Part shown: in pieces, positions 44,931-46,725 of the stretch | Position numbering within the stretch: position 1 is the stretch's first letter | Layout of the letters: each line of letters opens with the position of its first letter | IMG/VR virus record: IMGVR_UViG_3300046062_000033 | Span: 1-46,725 of that record | DNA: 46,725 bases | Reading direction: 5' to 3' (one strand) | Source of the DNA: a virus | Taxonomy: Duplodnaviria > Caudoviricetes | The notes under the pieces: model-generated | What the model was told of the DNA's origin: nothing | Database searches by the model: none | What the model saw: the letters and a program-made list of their open reading frames with translations, nothing else | Program-made: the position numbers and the translations under genes

Positions 44931-45445
44931 TGCCCTCGACCCACCAATCCGGTCGCGACACCGAGTACCCGACCGACGCCCACCGCATGATCGCCACGAA
45001 AAACGACCTCACGATCGCGGCGCTAATCAGGGGGATTCGGGACCCCGACCGGGCACAGGCGTACATCGACGCGGAAATCGAGGTAGCCGACGCCGACGAC
45101 CGCGACGTCCGAAAGTCCATAATCGGGGCGTGCAACCGACGGAAGATCGCGTTATCGGACGCACACGCCGGCGTGACCGACGCCGGCGCCGACGCGGGCG
45201 ATACTCCGGCCGGCGACGCGGACGACGACACGGCGGCACACGACCGGCCTAACGGCGACGACAGCGACGATGCCGACGACCCGTACCCGGGCGCCCCTCG
45301 GTTCGACTCGAAGCGCGCGCTGTCGACGGCGGTCGCCGGCCACGACCACGCCGGCGTGTTCACCGTCGCAAAACCCGTCGGGACGGTCGCCGGGTGCGTC
45401 GACTGTGACACCTATATCGGCGTCGACCCCCGCGACGACGACTAA
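44930..45445 (+). CDS. Hypothetical protein
   Basis: TAATG overlaps at both ends. Confidence 0.6.
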   Translation: MPSTHQSGRDTEYPTDAHRMIATKNDLTIAALIRGIRDPDRAQAYIDAEIEVADADDRDVRKSIIGACNRRKIALSDAHAGVTDAGADAGDTPAGDADDDTAAHDRPNGDDSDDADDPYPGAPRFDSKRALSTAVAGHDHAGVFTVAKPVGTVAGCVDCDTYIGVDPRDDD

Positions 45446-46512
45446 TGCCGGCGACCACGCCCGACGGGATACCGCTCACGCCCGACGTCCCCGACGCGCT
45501 CGCGACGCCACCCGGCGTCCCCCGCGACACGACGACGTGGATCGGTGACCGCCCGAGCGAATCCGACGGCGACCGTCTACGGTATGCCCTGTTCTCCGGC
45601 GGGGACGATTCGCTATCGATGGTTCACCACGTCATGTCGCGAATGGACGCCGATGCCGTCCTGTACCTGAACACGAACACGGGGCTTGCGGACACCTATC
45701 GATACGTCGTCGACGTCTGCCGCCGGTTCGAGTGGCCCCTCCGCGTCGAACGGTCGCCCGTGTCGCTCGCCGAACTCGGCATGACGTACGGGTTCCCCGG
45801 GTCGGCGTACCACACCGTCGCCTACGCCTACTTGAAGGAACGGCAACTGTCGGCGATCGCGGGCGAATACGACGGCCCGCCGACCTACGTCACGGGCGTT
45901 CGGAAGCACGAATCCGACCGGCGAATGACGACCGTGCCCGACGACCGCCGGTCGACCGGGGAGGGCGGTCGGTGGACGTGGGTGCAACCGATCCGGGGAT
46001 GGACCGACGGCGACGTCGTCGACTACCGCGAGTGCCACGGCTTGCCCCGGAACCCGGTCGCGGCGGCGATGCACCGGTCGGGTGACTGTTACTGTGGGGC
46101 GTTCGCCCACCGCGACGAACTCCTCGTCGACCTCCGGTCGAACGGGTACGACCGCCACGCGACGTGGCTGTTGGCCGTCGAAGCCCGCGTCCAAATCTAT
46201 CGCGGGCGGCTCGCGGTATTCGAACGCCGGTACCCGGACGAATGGGCGGCCGTCGACGACCGTCGCGACGACTGTACCCCGAAGCCGATGCGGCTCTCGG
46301 TCGCCCGCGAGGTGGCCCCCGACGCCGCCGCCGACATTGACGCGATCGGTCGCGACGACGCCCTCGCCGTCGGTCGTGACGACGCACGAAACTATTGGGG
46401 ACACGGCGATATGGCGAACGACGAACTCCGGGCGCTGGTCGCCGAACACGACGTCGGACAGGCCGAATTATGCCAGTTCTGCGACGGCGGCGGTGGTCGC
46501 CCCGACGAGTAG
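45445..46512 (+). CDS. PAPS reductase-family (PP-loop) protein
   Basis: FSGGDDS PP-loop, TGVRKHESDRR, PIRGWT..DV and SGDCYCGAF. Confidence 0.88.
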   Translation: MPATTPDGIPLTPDVPDALATPPGVPRDTTTWIGDRPSESDGDRLRYALFSGGDDSLSMVHHVMSRMDADAVLYLNTNTGLADTYRYVVDVCRRFEWPLRVERSPVSLAELGMTYGFPGSAYHTVAYAYLKERQLSAIAGEYDGPPTYVTGVRKHESDRRMTTVPDDRRSTGEGGRWTWVQPIRGWTDGDVVDYRECHGLPRNPVAAAMHRSGDCYCGAFAHRDELLVDLRSNGYDRHATWLLAVEARVQIYRGRLAVFERRYPDEWAAVDDRRDDCTPKPMRLSVAREVAPDAAADIDAIGRDDALAVGRDDARNYWGHGDMANDELRALVAEHDVGQAELCQFCDGGGGRPDE

Positions 46513-46570
46513 ATATCCCAATAGGTTTCTCACCGACACACTTACGCCAGTTAACGGATACGTTTCGGAC

Positions 46571-46725
46571 ATGGCGAACGGGTTTTTCCCATACCCGGGC
46601 GGCAAAGCCCAATACGCCGAGTGGATATACACCCACTTCCCGCCGCACGAATGCTATGTCGAAGCGTTCGCGGGGGGGGGCAGGGGTGCTCTACCACAAA
46701 CCCCGGTCGAAGGTCGAAGTCTATA
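46571..46725 (+). CDS. 5' end of the Dam-like methyltransferase; this copy has G9 and is out of frame
   Basis: MANGFFPYPGGKAQYAEWI...YVEAFAG (motif X and motif I). With G9 the frame reads ...SL and then meets TA(A) at the window end. Confidence 0.88.
   Translation, partial: MANGFFPYPGGKAQYAEWIYTHFPPHECYVEAFAGGGRGALPQTPVEGRSL
46630..46725. repeat. Terminal direct repeat, copy 2
   Basis: Matches 1-98 minus two Gs. Confidence 0.95.

Noticed and set aside
45445-46512. Auxiliary sulfur-assimilation cysH or a complete dnd/ssp system
   Set aside because: No other cys, dnd or ssp genes are present, and the position next to a methyltransferase favours a nucleic-acid modification role; the function remains unproven.
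46630-46725. Terminal repeat as a genuine virion terminal repeat
   Set aside because: It falls inside the methyltransferase coding sequence and is about the size of an assembly overlap, so circular permutation or an assembly artefact is more likely.

Overview
This window looks like the complete ~46.6 kb genome of a haloarchaeal tailed virus (siphovirus-like Caudoviricetes). It is GC-rich with very acidic proteins, and positions 1-98 are repeated at 46630-46725, consistent with a circular or permuted assembly. The morphogenesis module comprises TerL, a distant TerS, a portal-MuF fusion, an XkdF-type protease/scaffold, the HK97-fold capsid, neck, tail tube, a -1 frameshifted tail chaperone, tape measure, tail tip and receptor-binding candidates. 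The virus also carries host-like factors (PCNA, an unusual three-repeat TFB, a PadR/RosR regulator, Hjc, a stand-alone MCM-type winged helix and tRNA-Leu(UAA)). I recognised no DNA polymerase, primase, helicase motor or integrase. The most notable element is a DNA-modification set: a PAPS-reductase-like enzyme, a Dam-like methyltransferase, a TGT/DpdA-like transglycosylase and a DUF6884-like protein. The only long poly-G tracts I found lie in the 5' ends of the methyltransferase and TGT-like genes. The methyltransferase tract is G11 (in frame) in one terminal copy and G9 (frameshifted) in the other, and the TGT-like gene is out of frame at G8. These enzymes also end in PIP-box-like motifs that could bind the viral PCNA. 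Together this suggests a phase-variable, clamp-coupled genome-modification system, although homopolymer sequencing error cannot be excluded. All functional calls come from motifs recognised by eye; no database searches were run.
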